This document shows positions 1 through 10,404 of a stretch of DNA of 59,789 nt, in pieces. The notes beneath the pieces were generated by a model. That model did no database searches, was not told the DNA's origin, and saw only the letters and a program-made list of their open reading frames with translations. How positions within the stretch are numbered: the stretch's first letter is position 1; each line of letters starts with the position of its first letter. A program made the position numbers and the translations under genes. The stretch spans positions 1 through 59,789 of the forward strand of contig JBBIJR010000010.1 in the NCBI GenBank assembly GCA_037445875.1, read 5' to 3'. The DNA comes from Bacteroidota bacterium. GTDB lineage: Bacteria > CLD3 > SB21.

Positions 1-57
1 CATCAGGTTGAGTAGAGGACTTGCACCTCCAAGTGGTCGAACATGCTTGGCACACGA

Positions 58-90
58 CAAAAAAGGCCACCCCATCCGGGTGGCCTTTTT
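58..90 (-). terminator. rho-independent terminator after the TonB-dependent receptor gene (symmetrical, could act in both directions)
   Basis: Perfect 8-bp stem GGCCACCC/GGGTGGCC (65-72 / 77-84) with a 4-nt loop. An A-run lies on one side and a T-run on the other. It begins about 20 nt beyond the TGA at 109-111. Confidence 0.75.
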
Positions 91-108
91 CGTTCTATGA
101 GCGTGCGA

Positions 109-3100
109 TCAGAAGGTGTAGCGAACGCCCAACTGCATCTGCCAGCGTGAAACCAAGTCGCTCGTCTGGAAACGACTGGGAAGTGTAACCGTATTGGAGG
201 TCGCGGAGTAGTTCCCAAAAGTAAACGCCGGCTGACCGCTTATGATTCCACGATAAATCAGATTAGAGTTGTTCTGATTATTCACGAACTTCGACTCACC
301 CCATTCCTTGTTGAATAGGTTCATGAAGTTCTGGATATCAAGCGTCAACTCGAACTTGCCGTACTTGTCCATAATCGGAATGTGCTGTTCGAGATGGAAG
401 TCGAGCCGATTCGTCCACGGTTCGACGCTGGCGTTGCGCTTGACGATCTCTCCCCGTGCGCTCTTCAGATCCGGATCTCCGTTGATGTAGTCTTCGAGTT
501 GCGCATAGATATCATCCGCCGAACGCGGGTCACCGCTGACAGGAACGATATTTATATCGTTCCGATCGATCGGCACATAGATCAGGTCGTTGCTCGTCTG
601 ACCGTCGCCGTTGACATCCCCGGAATACGTCTCCGAATATGGACGGCCGGAGAATCCGGTGTAGAGGAACGAGATGATCGTCGACCACTTCGGGAAAAAC
701 TCAAGCGTGTAGGACAGTGAGCCGACAATGCGGTGGCGCGTTTCGAAGTTCGAAGTGGCCGTGCCGACGTGGTTTGGATCACCCTGCACAGGATTGAAAC
801 GCCAGTTGGAAACCGCCTGGCTGGAGAGACCGCTGTTCTCATCAACAGCCCTACCCAGCGTGTATGCCAGACTTGCAAAATAGCCCTTATCAAACTCGCC
901 AAGGAAACCAGGACCAAAGGTCCTCTGCAGGGCGAGGGTCAGGTTATACTCGTAACCTTTGTCGGTATTGGACAAATAGATCACGTTCGTGAAACTGGAA
1001 ACATACTTTCCAGAAGAAGAGGTGGAGTAAAGCGGACGAATTCCGTCCGGATCACCGCTGGCACTCAACTGGCGGGTCGTGTCATTAACGGGTGGCCGCA
1101 GGTTGATGTCCTGATAACGGATCTGATTGATGTTCTTCGAGTACAGGAAATCGGCCGACGCAATGATGCTCCAGGGTAGTTCATAATCGGCGCCTATATT
1201 GAAGCGCCAGATTTGCGGCAGCTTGAAATCTTTGTCCGTGACATCGATCTCACTGGACGGAGCCACAAACACCTTACCCGGCTGGTTGTTGATATCGGTC
1301 GTGAAGCTGCCCACACCCGGGTTGGCCGTTGTGCGCCCAAAGTCCACACCTGTATTGCCGTATTGATTGGAAATCCAGACATACGGAGTCCGGCCGGAGA
1401 AAACACCCAAGCCTCCACGCACCTGGGTCTTTCCATCGCCGTGCACATCCCAGTTAAGTCCCAGTCGCGGAGAGAAGAGCATGTTGCCGCTCGGTACTTC
1501 ATCGGTGCTGACATGGATATCGTCCAGGAAAAGGGTCGTATCCACTCGCTGGTTATAGGACGGTTTGTCGGGGAGAACCGGAATGTCGGCACGCAAGCCC
1601 AGCGTCACGTTCATGTTCGGCATGACCTTCCACACGTCCTGAACGTAGAATCCGAACTGCTGTACGGCGAACTTCGCTGTCGGCTTCAGATCGTTCGTAT
1701 CCAAGGAATAGCTCAATGAATAGGAAGAGGGAGACCCGGCAATCAGAGAATCAATGTTCGCAAATGTATAATTGCCGTAGAAATCGCGGATAAAGAGGTT
1801 GTCGAAAGAGAAGAACTCATTGTGCGTTCCAACGGTGAACGTGTGGTCGCCCATGAAATACGTGAAATTGTCCGTGATTTCGAGGATGTCTTGGTCGAGG
1901 GCGTTGGCCTGAGAGAAGTTCTCCGTTCCGGCAACAAGCAAATTGCTCCCGTATATCACGCGAACAAACGGGAACTGCTGGCCCGGCGTCCGACGCTTAT
2001 CGCGGATGGTTTGGAAGGCGACAATCGCCTCATTGTACATGTTGTGGCCCAATGTACTCTGCACTTCCAGAACAGTGGAGTTGGTCGTATTGAAGAACCC
2101 GTATCCGCTGTTTCCAAATTGGAAACCGTTGCTGGAGCCGGTGCCGGTCGATCGACCCAAGATGTCGTCGCTGGCGTCCACATAATTGTGGCGCAGCGTC
2201 AATCGATGCTTGTCGGACAAGTTGTAGTCCAAACGCCCGAAGAACTTCGTGCTGGGACGCTCCACCGTCTTGAGTCCGAATCCACCCGGATTGTATCCGT
2301 ATTTCGTGGAAAGCACGCTGTCGAATCTCGCGGCGTCCGCCGCCGTGATCCCGGTCAATGCCGTGAAATCCTCGGGACCGCCGGTTTCCGTAATACCCAG
2401 CGCAGACGGAGCGTTACGCTTCGAATACTCCGCGCTCACAAAGAAGAACAGCTTGTCCTGTTGAATCGGACCTCCCAGACGGAAGCCCAGCACCTTTTCA
2501 TTGAACTTCGGATATTCGACATCGCCGGGACCGTTGCCGATGAAACTCTCGTTGCGCCCCAAGTAGTAGGCCGAACCCGTAAACGTGTTGGTACCGCTGC
2601 GGGTAATGGCGTTTATACCGCCGCCCGTAAAACCGCCTTTGCGTACGTCGTACGGCGCGATCTCGACCTGGAATTCCTGGATCGCGTCCAGGCTGATCGG
2701 CGTGGTTCCGGACTGTCCGCCGGGCGTGCCGCTTCCCGCCAGACCGAACAGGTCGTTGTTCACCGACCCATCGATCAGGATGTTGTTGTAGCGATTATTC
2801 CGGCCGGCCGCCTGATTGCTGTTGAACTGCGGATTCAGCCGCGTGAAATCATCGAAACTGCGACTGATCGTCGGAAGGTCCTCGATCTCTTTGGTGGTAA
2901 CCGTCGTGGCGGCGCCCGTGCGGCTCGTGTTGATGATCGGGTTTCTCTCGGCAACGATCGCTACTTCCTCCATCGCCACCGCTTCTTCGACGACGGTAAA
3001 ATTGACCGTTCGATCTTCACCCAGAGCGAGGGTAATGTTTTCGGCAGGCTCCGCCTTGTACCCTATGAACTCTACGCGGATGGTGTAGGGTCCACCGACA

Positions 3101-3348
3101 CGAACCGCAGGGATATTGAACCGTCCGTCTGCGCGCGAAGCGGCACCGAATACGGTGCCGGACGGCTCGTGGGTTGCGATGACGTTGGCACCGTATACCG
3201 GCTGCCCGTTGTTGTCTGTCACCTTGCCGTTGAAGCCTGCGGTGGTGGCCGTCTGAGCCATGACATTGGAACCCAGTATCAGAAGAAGCCCCGCCCAAAT
3301 AACTCCGACGAAATGAGTGATCTGGTTGCTAAGTACACGTTGAGCCAT
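109..3348 (-). CDS. TonB-dependent outer-membrane receptor with N-terminal carboxypeptidase-regulatory-like domain
   Basis: ORF 109..3489 trimmed to the ATG at 3346-3348, which is preceded by GGAGGAGG. It has a signal peptide (..LLLILGSNVMAQT) and a CarboxypepD_reg-like segment (GKVTDNNGQPVYGANVIATHEPSG..YTIRVEFIGY). A long beta-rich barrel ends in ..QLGVRYTF. Confidence 0.85.
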   Translation of the reverse strand: MAQRVLSNQITHFVGVIWAGLLLILGSNVMAQTATTAGFNGKVTDNNGQPVYGANVIATHEPSGTVFGAASRADGRFNIPAVRVGGPYTIRVEFIGYKAEPAENITLALGEDRTVNFTVVEEAVAMEEVAIVAERNPIINTSRTGAATTVTTKEIEDLPTISRSFDDFTRLNPQFNSNQAAGRNNRYNNILIDGSVNNDLFGLAGSGTPGGQSGTTPISLDAIQEFQVEIAPYDVRKGGFTGGGINAITRSGTNTFTGSAYYLGRNESFIGNGPGDVEYPKFNEKVLGFRLGGPIQQDKLFFFVSAEYSKRNAPSALGITETGGPEDFTALTGITAADAARFDSVLSTKYGYNPGGFGLKTVERPSTKFFGRLDYNLSDKHRLTLRHNYVDASDDILGRSTGTGSSNGFQFGNSGYGFFNTTNSTVLEVQSTLGHNMYNEAIVAFQTIRDKRRTPGQQFPFVRVIYGSNLLVAGTENFSQANALDQDILEITDNFTYFMGDHTFTVGTHNEFFSFDNLFIRDFYGNYTFANIDSLIAGSPSSYSLSYSLDTNDLKPTAKFAVQQFGFYVQDVWKVMPNMNVTLGLRADIPVLPDKPSYNQRVDTTLFLDDIHVSTDEVPSGNMLFSPRLGLNWDVHGDGKTQVRGGLGVFSGRTPYVWISNQYGNTGVDFGRTTANPGVGSFTTDINNQPGKVFVAPSSEIDVTDKDFKLPQIWRFNIGADYELPWSIIASADFLYSKNINQIRYQDINLRPPVNDTTRQLSASGDPDGIRPLYSTSSSGKYVSSFTNVIYLSNTDKGYEYNLTLALQRTFGPGFLGEFDKGYFASLAYTLGRAVDENSGLSSQAVSNWRFNPVQGDPNHVGTATSNFETRHRIVGSLSYTLEFFPKWSTIISFLYTGFSGRPYSETYSGDVNGDGQTSNDLIYVPIDRNDINIVPVSGDPRSADDIYAQLEDYINGDPDLKSARGEIVKRNASVEPWTNRLDFHLEQHIPIMDKYGKFELTLDIQNFMNLFNKEWGESKFVNNQNNSNLIYRGIISGQPAFTFGNYSATSNTVTLPSRFQTSDLVSRWQMQLGVRYTF

Positions 3349-3528
3349 AACTACCTCCTCCGGTTGGACTGTAGAGCAGATTATTTTGAAGGAACAGATA
3401 AGAGAATACCTGAGAGAGAAACGAAAAGGTTGGTCAGTATAACAACAAATCGTTATGGCGATGTTACGGCGGCGTAACGAGAAGGTCAAGAACGAAATAA
3501 CTTCACTTCATCGATCGCCCGGGTAGAT

Positions 3529-3570
3529 GAAAAAACGGGCAGCCTTTTGCCAGCGCCGCCCGTTTTTTCC
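3529..3570 (-). terminator. rho-independent terminator after ppdK
   Basis: Stem AACGGGC (3534-3540) / GCCCGTT (3558-3564) flanked by an A-run and a T-run. It lies 15-20 nt downstream of the ppdK stop at 3585-3587. Confidence 0.6.
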
Positions 3571-3584
3571 TTTAAGGAGGGGTA

Positions 3585-6352
3585 TTATTTCCGCCTGTGA
3601 TTGATCTGGGCTTGCGCCGCCGCAAGCCGGGCGATCGGCACACGGAACGGGGAACAGCTCACATAGTCGAGTCCGACCATGTGGCAGAACTCGACGGAAT
3701 TGGGCTCGCCGCCGTGTTCCCCGCAAATTCCGAGCTTGAGGCTCGGCCGGGCCCTCCGTCCCCGCTCGCAGGCCACCTGCATCAACCACCCGATGCCTTC
3801 CCGATCGATGACCTGGAACGGATCCATCGGCAGGACCTTCTTTTCGAGATACTCCGGCAGAAAGCTGCCGATGTCGTCGCGGGAGAACCCGAAGCCCATT
3901 TGCGTGAGGTCGTTTGTCCCGAACGAGAAGAACTCCGCCTCGGCCGCGATCTTGTCGGCCGTGATGGCCGCTCGCGGGATCTCGATCATCGTGCCCACCA
4001 GATGCGGTATCTTCTTGAGCTTGAATTTGGCCAGCGTTTCCGTGTACACCTTAGCGATGAGCCCTTTCTGGTGCTTGAGCTCAGTGTCCACCGCCAGTAC
4101 GGGAATCATGATTTCAGGGAACGGCTTCTTGCCTTCCAGCATCAATTCCGCCGCCGCCTCGAAGATCGCCCGGATCTGCATTTCGGTGACCTCGGGGTAC
4201 GTGATGCCGAGGCGCACTCCGCGGTGCCCCATCATCGGGTTGTTCTCCTGGAGCATCTCCGCTCTCTTGCTGAATTCCTCGCTGTTCACGCCGAGGCTCT
4301 GGGCCAGGCGTTCCCGCTCCTCCGGCCGGTGCGGCACGAATTCGTGCAGCGGCGGGTCGAGCGTGCGGATGGTCACCGGGTATGGATCCATGGCTTCGAG
4401 CGTGCCCTTGATGTCCGCCTTGACGAACGGAAACAGCTCATCGAGGGCTTCGCGCCGCTGGGCGAGGGTTTTCGAAACGATCATCTTACGCAGAAGAAAG
4501 AGCGGCTCCTCCGATCCCTTGCCGTAGAACATGTGTTCCGTGCGGAACAGGCCGATGCCCTCGGCTCCGAACGCACGCGCTCTGGCGGCGTCCTCCGGCG
4601 TGTCCGCGTTGGTGCGGACCTTGAGGCGGCGTACCTGGTCGCACAGGGCCATGAACTTGATGAAATCGGGATTGTCCTCGGCCGCCTTGATCATGGGTAG
4701 TACGCCTTCATACACACAGCCGAGGGAGCCGTTGAGGGTGAGCCATTCGCCTTCGCGGAACTCGCGGCCGTCCACGCTGAAGAACCTGTCCTGGTGGTGA
4801 ATGCTGATCCCGCCGGCGCCGACGATGCAGCATTTGCCCCAGCCGCGGGCCACGAGGGCCGCGTGGCTCGTCATGCCGCCGCGGGCCGTGAGAATGGCCT
4901 GGGCGGCGCGCATGCCTTCCACGTCCTCCGGATTGGTCTCCTCGCGCACGAGAATGACCTTCTTACCTTGTTTGGCCCAGGCAACGGCGTCGGCCGCGCT
5001 GAACACCACCTGCCCCGCCGCGCCCCCCGGTCCTGCCGGCAGGCCCTTGGCCACGGGCTTGACGGTCTGCTCGACCTTGGGATCGATGATCGGGTGCAGC
5101 AGTTCCTCGAGTTGATGCGGCGTGACGCGCATGACCGCTTCTTCCCGCGTAATGATCTTCTCGCGGAACATGTCCAGGGCCATGCGAACGGCGGCCGGTC
5201 CGTTGCGCTTGCCGACGCGGCACTGCAGCATCCACAGGCGGCCCTCCTGGATCGTGAATTCGATGTCGAGCATGTCGCGGAAATGACGTTCCAACTTGCG
5301 CTGGATGTCGTGCAACTGCCGGTAGGCTCTGGGCATTGCCAGTTCGAGCGACGGAAGATGCTTATTGTGCTCCGTTTTACCGACCTCGTTGATGGGGTTG
5401 GGTGTACGGATGCCGGCGACCACGTCTTCGCCCTGCGCGTTGGACAGCCACTCGCCGTAGAAATGATTGTCGCCCGTGGCCGGGTTGCGCGTAAAGGCCA
5501 CGCCCGTTCCGGACGAATCGCCCATGTTGCCGAATACCATGGCCTGCACGTTAACCGCGGTCCCCCACTCGTCCGGAATGTTCTCGATCCGCCGGTACGA
5601 GATGGCGCGCTTGCCATTCCAGCTCAGGAACACTGCCGTGATGGCCCCCCAGAGCTGTTCCATCGGGTCTTCCGGGAACGGCTTGCCCAGGACTTCCTTG
5701 ATCCGGACCTTGTAGATTTCGATCAGTTTTCTGAGGTCGTCGGCAAACAGCTCGGTGTCCTGCTGCACGCCTTTCTGCTTCTTCATTCTGTCCAGTTCTC
5801 GTTCCAATTGCTGGCGGATGCCGTGGCCGTCGGCGGGTTCGACACCCTGGGCTTTCTCCATCACAACGTCGGAATACATCTGGATGAGGCGGCGGTACGC
5901 GTCGTAGACGAACCGGGGGTTGTTCGTCTTCTTGATGAACCCCTCGCAGGTCACATCGTTGAGGCCGACGTTGAGGACGGTCTCCATCATGCCCGGCATG
6001 GAGCGGCGTGCGCCGGAACGAACGGCTGGTCCCGGTCGCCAAAGCGGGAAGCCATGACCCTTTCCAAAAAAGCCATGGCCGCCCGCACCTGCGCGTCGAG
6101 ACCTTTAGGGTACGCGTTGCGGTTCCTGTAATAGTGCACGCAAACGTCGGTCGTGATCGTGAATCCTGGCGGAACGGGCAGTCCGATGTTGGCCATTTCG
6201 GCCAGGTTGGCGCCCTTGCCCCCGAGAAGGTTCTTCATCTCGGCCTTGCCTTCGGCCTTGCCTCCGCCGAACGTGTAAACATACTTCTCCGCCTTCCCGG
6301 CCGTTCGGGGCCGCTTCTTTGCCGAAACACGCTTCGAGCTTGCAGTTCGCAT
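3585..6352 (-). pseudogene. ppdK: pyruvate, phosphate dikinase, split by a frame disruption near 6020-6026 (real lesion or assembly error)
   Basis: ORF 5987..6382 carries the PPDK N-terminus (KYVYTFGGGKAEG..NLLGGKGANLAEMANIGLPVPPGFTITT..FGDRDQP). ORF 3585..5999 carries the rest (..SMPGMMETVLNVGLND.., phospho-His loop GGMTSHAALVARGWGK, PEP-utilising C-terminal domain). VRSGARRSMPGMME is readable only in the -1 frame relative to FGDRDQP. Start chosen at the ATG 6350-6352, 9 nt after GGAGGAG; GTG 6382 and ATG 6370 are alternatives. Confidence 0.85.
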
Positions 6353-6398
6353 ACGGGCCTTCTCCTCCATGTTAAGAGCCACGGGTTGTCCGATCCAG

Positions 6399-8648
6399 CT
6401 ACTTCTTATCCTGCGCCTCCACGACCGCGATGGCTGTCATGTTGACGATGTCCTTGACCTCGCTGCCTTTCTGCAGCAGGTGCACGGGATGACGCATGCC
6501 GACCAGGATGGGTCCGATCGCCTCGGCGCCGCCCAGCCGTTGGAGCAGTTTGATCCCCGCATTCGCCGACTGCAGTTCGGGGAAGATCAGCACGTTCGCA
6601 CCGCCTTTGAGGCTGCTGAAGGGATAATACTGCTCAATGATCTCCGGAGCAAGGGCCGTGTCCACCTGCATCTCGCCGTCGATCATCAGCTCCGGATTGC
6701 GCGAGCGAACGATGCTCAGCGCCTGACGGATCCTGTCGACGATCGGATGGCGCACGCTGCCGAAGTTGGAGAAGGATATCATGGCCACGCGCGGCTCCAC
6801 GTTGAACCGTTTGGCGACTTCGGCGCTCATGAGCGCGATCTCGGCCAGCTCCTCCGCCGTCGGCTCGATGTTCACCGTCGTGTCCGCAAAGAAGTAGATC
6901 TTGTCTTTCACGATCAACATGAAGACGCTTGCGACGGACGAGATGCGCTCGTCGGTCTGCACGATCTGCAGCGCGGGCCGCAGCGTGTCGGGGTAGTGCT
7001 GGGTCAGTCCGGCGATGAGGCCGTCCGCATCGCCCATGCGCACCATCATGGCGGCGTAGTTCGTGGAGTTGTGCATCGCCTGCATCGCCTCGTTCCAGGT
7101 GACGCCCCTGCGCTGGCGGAGCCGGTAGTACTCCTCCGAGTACGACTCCAGCCGCCGCGATTTGGATGGATTGAGAATCTGGATCCCCTCTAGCGGTACG
7201 TCCAATTCCTGCGCCGTACGGCGGATTTGGTCCTCGTCCCCCAGCAGAATCGGTTGCGCCATTTCCTCGTCCGCGACGAGGTGGGCGGCCCGCAGCACTT
7301 TTTCGTTGCTGCCTTCGGGGTATACAATCCGTTTCGGTCGTCGCTTCGCCCGGTTGATCATGGTTCGCATGACCTCGCGGCTCTTGCCGAGGCGGTTTTC
7401 GAGTTGTTCCTTGTATTCTTCCAAGTCCACCTTGACGCGGGCCACGCCCGTTTCCATGGCGGCTTTGGCCACTGCGCTCGCTTCCCATATCAACACACGG
7501 TAGTCGAACGGCTTGGGAATCAGATAGTCTTTTCCAAAATGCAGCCGCTCTCCGCCGTACGCTTTCGATACGGAATCGGGTACATCTTCCTTGGCCAGAT
7601 TGGCCAGCGCGTACGACGCGGCTCGTTTCATCTCTTCGTTGATCGCCGTGGCGCGCACGTCGAGCGCCCCGCGGAAGATGAACGGAAAACCGAGTACGTT
7701 GTTGACCTGATTCGGATAATCCGATCGGCCGGTGCCCATGATCACATCGGGCCTTGCGGCCATGGCTTCGTCGTACGTGATCTCCGGATCGGGATTGGCC
7801 ATGGCAAAGATGATCGGGTTGTCGGCCATCGAGCGGACCATTTCCCTGGTCACGACATTGGCCACTGAGAGGCCGGCAAAGACGTCCGCGCCCTTGATGG
7901 CATCGGCCAACGTCCGGGCGCCCGTCTCCCGTGCGAACTCTTCCTTGTAGGGATTCATGCCCTCCTTCCGGCCTTTGTAGATGACGCCCTTGGTGTCGCA
8001 CAGGATCAGGTTTTCCGGTCGCACGCCGAGAGAGATGTAGAACTTCGCGCACGCGATCCCCGATGCGCCTGCCCCGTTGACCACGATCCGGATCTCGCTC
8101 ATTTTCTTGCCGATGAGTTCTGTGGCGTTCATCAGCGCCGCGCCGGAGATGATCGCTGTGCCGTGCTGGTCGTCGTGAAACACAGGGATGTTCAAGGCTT
8201 TCTTCAGCGCTTCTTCGATCATGAAACACTCGGGGGCCTTGATGTCCTCGAGGTTGATGCCCCCGAACGTCGGTTCGAGCAGCTTGACCAATTTGATAAT
8301 CTCATCCGGGTCGTGGCTGTCGACCTCGATGTCGAACACATCGATGTCGGCGAAGCGTTTAAAGAGCACGCCTTTTCCTTCCATGACCGGTTTGCCGGCG
8401 AGCGCCCCGATGTCGCCGAGTCCGAGCACGGCGGTGCCGTTGGATATGACGGCCACCAGATTGCCGCGGGCGGTATAGTCGAACGCGTCGTCGGGATTCT
8501 TTTCGATGCGGAGGCACGGAATGGCCACTCCGGGACTGTACGCCAGCGACAGATCTCGCTGCGTCGTGCACGGTTTCGTCGGAATAACTTCGATCTTGCC
8601 CTTCCGGCCTGTTTTATGATAGTCGAGAGCTTCCTGGTCCTTGATCAT
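6399..8648 (-). CDS. maeB: NADP-dependent malic enzyme, MaeB-type (malic enzyme fused to phosphate-acetyltransferase-like domain)
   Basis: 749 aa. N-terminus reads ..[87 protein letters not shown]. The C-terminal half is PTA-like. GGAGGAGG lies 7 nt upstream of the ATG at 8648. Confidence 0.9.
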   Translation of the reverse strand: MIKDQEALDYHKTGRKGKIEVIPTKPCTTQRDLSLAYSPGVAIPCLRIEKNPDDAFDYTARGNLVAVISNGTAVLGLGDIGALAGKPVMEGKGVLFKRFADIDVFDIEVDSHDPDEIIKLVKLLEPTFGGINLEDIKAPECFMIEEALKKALNIPVFHDDQHGTAIISGAALMNATELIGKKMSEIRIVVNGAGASGIACAKFYISLGVRPENLILCDTKGVIYKGRKEGMNPYKEEFARETGARTLADAIKGADVFAGLSVANVVTREMVRSMADNPIIFAMANPDPEITYDEAMAARPDVIMGTGRSDYPNQVNNVLGFPFIFRGALDVRATAINEEMKRAASYALANLAKEDVPDSVSKAYGGERLHFGKDYLIPKPFDYRVLIWEASAVAKAAMETGVARVKVDLEEYKEQLENRLGKSREVMRTMINRAKRRPKRIVYPEGSNEKVLRAAHLVADEEMAQPILLGDEDQIRRTAQELDVPLEGIQILNPSKSRRLESYSEEYYRLRQRRGVTWNEAMQAMHNSTNYAAMMVRMGDADGLIAGLTQHYPDTLRPALQIVQTDERISSVASVFMLIVKDKIYFFADTTVNIEPTAEELAEIALMSAEVAKRFNVEPRVAMISFSNFGSVRHPIVDRIRQALSIVRSRNPELMIDGEMQVDTALAPEIIEQYYPFSSLKGGANVLIFPELQSANAGIKLLQRLGGAEAIGPILVGMRHPVHLLQKGSEVKDIVNMTAIAVVEAQDKK

Positions 8649-8947
8649 ATGCTTCCTCCTCCGCCCGCAGAATTCGTGCGGCGGATGTTCGGCTTACGTT
8701 CGTACGGTTGGTGTCCATGTATCGTCAATGGAGAACGACGTTTATCGTCTGCCCCAGTTTACGGACCCGTACAGGAAAAAACCATGATTTGCGTCAGGTT
8801 ATGGGGAAAAGGATGCGGCGTTCTTTTTTGTGGATAGAGCACAAGGAAGCACACCTCGAGCCCGCCGCAGCTGTCAGGCTCCCGGCAACATCGTGACCCG
8901 TTCGGGTGTGCGCAACCTGCGTCGTGGCCGCACACGCCCTATACCGG

Positions 8948-9076
8948 CTACTTGCAGCAGTCCGGGTATTCCGGACACGCCGGGGTTCCGCGTAGCGGAC
9001 AATCCGCGGACACGAAATGCGCAGCCCCGATGATCAGCAGCAAGAGAACTGCCGCCATGACCATTAACTTTTTCAA
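8948..9076 (-). CDS. small exported Cys-rich peptide (42 aa), last gene of the mer-like operon; absent from the ORF track
   Basis: My translation is MKKLMVMAAVLLLLIIGAAHFVSADCPLRGTPACPEYPDCCK. The TTG start at 9074-9076 sits 7 nt after GGAGG (9084-9088) and overlaps the TGA of the upstream gene (TTGA). It has a KK plus hydrophobic core plus VSA signal-like N-terminus and four Cys in the last 17 residues. Confidence 0.5.
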   Translation of the reverse strand: MKKLMVMAAVLLLLIIGAAHFVSADCPLRGTPACPEYPDCCK

Positions 9077-9318
9077 CTGCTCACCTCCTTTCCGCAGCAC
9101 TCGGGATCATCACCACGGCCCCTGATCTGAACCGAAGGGCAGGGCACCGTGCCGTACGAACAGAAAACGCAGCAATCCCCGTCAAGCGGTTTCAGTTGCG
9201 CTCCGCAGCGCTCGCACACGTAGAAGTACCGGCACGCATCGGTCGGCATGGTCTCACTTTTGCAGTGTCCGCAACGGGGACAGGTGATCACGGATTCCAG
9301 CACTACCGAACGACTCAC
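9073..9318 (-). CDS. GDCCVxC-motif small zinc-ribbon-like protein (family found in mer loci)
   Basis: 81 aa with CPRCGHC..C..YVCERCG..LDGDCCVFCSYGTVPCP. The GTG start at 9316-9318 lies 5 nt after GGAGG. Confidence 0.75.
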   Translation of the reverse strand: MSRSVVLESVITCPRCGHCKSETMPTDACRYFYVCERCGAQLKPLDGDCCVFCSYGTVPCPSVQIRGRGDDPECCGKEVSS

Positions 9319-9327
9319 GAGGGCCTC

Positions 9328-9927
9328 CTACCTGGGTTTATTCGACGTCGAATCCGGCATAAACGCCCGGTAGACCGTTGTCGCGGAGATCCGATCCACG
9401 ATTTGTTCTACCGTCGCCTCCGCAGGATCGAATTCAACTGTGACGCTATTCAGTCTGAAATCGGCCCGTGCACGGATGACCCCGTCCACGCTTTGCGCCG
9501 CCGATTCCACGTTCGCGTTACATCCAACACATGTCATGCCTCGAACCTCTATCTCCATCTGCTTTACCGATGGACGGGCAGCGGAGTGAACTCTATCGTA
9601 CGCCGTTCCGCGGAGATAAGGATACGCGATACTAACCGCTGCCACCAACGTCGCCGCCCAAACGGCGGCCCTGCTTCGTCTGCCCGACGGTTCGATGCGG
9701 CAACTCCCATCCGGGCAGGTCGATTTGCTCTTTTGGTACACGAGAACAAACGCGACGACCAGGGTAAAGACAGTGACAGCTATCAGCAACGGCCTGTAGT
9801 TCTCGAAGAACGAGAACGCCCCGATTCCCGCCATCCCGGCGGCCGAGAGCAACACGGGCCCCAGACAGCAAAGAGAGGCCAGTATCGCGGACATCGCCCC
9901 ACCGGCTGAGAGCCACCGTGCTTTCAT
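9328..9927 (-). CDS. merTP: mercuric-ion transport protein, MerT-MerP fusion (MerTP)
   Basis: The MerT-like N-terminus has a vicinal Cys pair in TM1 (ILASLCCLGPVLL), ..ENYRPLLIAV.., and a second Cys pair (CPDGSC). The C-terminal HMA/MerP-like domain carries GMTCVGC. The ATG at 9925-9927 overlaps the merR TGA (ATGA). Confidence 0.85.
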   Translation of the reverse strand: MKARWLSAGGAMSAILASLCCLGPVLLSAAGMAGIGAFSFFENYRPLLIAVTVFTLVVAFVLVYQKSKSTCPDGSCRIEPSGRRSRAAVWAATLVAAVSIAYPYLRGTAYDRVHSAARPSVKQMEIEVRGMTCVGCNANVESAAQSVDGVIRARADFRLNSVTVEFDPAEATVEQIVDRISATTVYRAFMPDSTSNKPR

Positions 9928-10349
9928 TCCTGCGCGCATGTATCTTCCTTTCCTTCAATGAAATCGAGGATTGGGCAATCGCCGACCGGACCCGTTCCGC
10001 TGCACTGGTCCGCCAGCGATCTCAGTGCGCTTGCCAGTCGTTGTAGTTCTTCGATCTTTTCACTGAGCGTGCCCAGAAGGGACTCCGCTATCTGCCTGAC
10101 CTCTGAACATCCTTTCTTCCTGTCCACGCGGAGATTCAACAACTCGTGGATGTCCTTCAAAGAGAACCCGAGCTTCTGTGCCCGCCGAATGAAACGAAGG
10201 CGGGAGACATCCTGCTGCGTGTATTGACGGTATCCGGACTCTCTGGTCCTGGGTTTCGGGATCAAGCGAATACGCTCGTAGTAACGCACCGTCTGCACGT
10301 TCACGCCTGCGGCCTTTGCCAGTTGACCGATGGTTACCGACTGTTCCAT
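9924..10349 (-). CDS. merR: MerR-family metal-responsive transcriptional regulator (Hg-type Cys pattern)
   Basis: 141 aa. The HTH is IGQLAKAAGVNVQTVRYYERIRLIPKP, followed by a coiled-coil dimerisation helix. Cys residues occur at ..KKGCSEV.., ..DQCSG.. and ..GDCPI.., as in Hg(II)-binding MerR. Confidence 0.85.
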   Translation of the reverse strand: MEQSVTIGQLAKAAGVNVQTVRYYERIRLIPKPRTRESGYRQYTQQDVSRLRFIRRAQKLGFSLKDIHELLNLRVDRKKGCSEVRQIAESLLGTLSEKIEELQRLASALRSLADQCSGTGPVGDCPILDFIEGKEDTCAQE

Positions 10350-10404
10350 TCACGCATGTCCTTGAGTAGGCGGTTTCCTATCCTCCCACGCCGTCATGTC
10401 AATC

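Noticed and set aside
3-218. Track ORF 3..218 (-), and a possible plus-strand gene end (TAG at 13-15) at the window edge.
   Set aside because: The minus ORF spans the terminator hairpin and the receptor gene's 3' end. Twelve nucleotides of possible plus-strand coding cannot be evaluated.
1822-3477. Long antisense ORFs opposite real genes: 1822..3477 (+, 551 aa), 4794..6131 (+), 18186..20273 (+, 695 aa), 29273..31090 (+, 605 aa), 31121..32293 (+), 46446..47888 (+), 56356..57951 (+), and many 60-250 aa ORFs in the track.
   Set aside because: They are shadow ORFs of the kind expected in GC-rich DNA. Their translations are Arg/Gly/Ala/His-rich with no recognisable motifs or SD sites. Each lies fully inside a strongly supported gene on the other strand.
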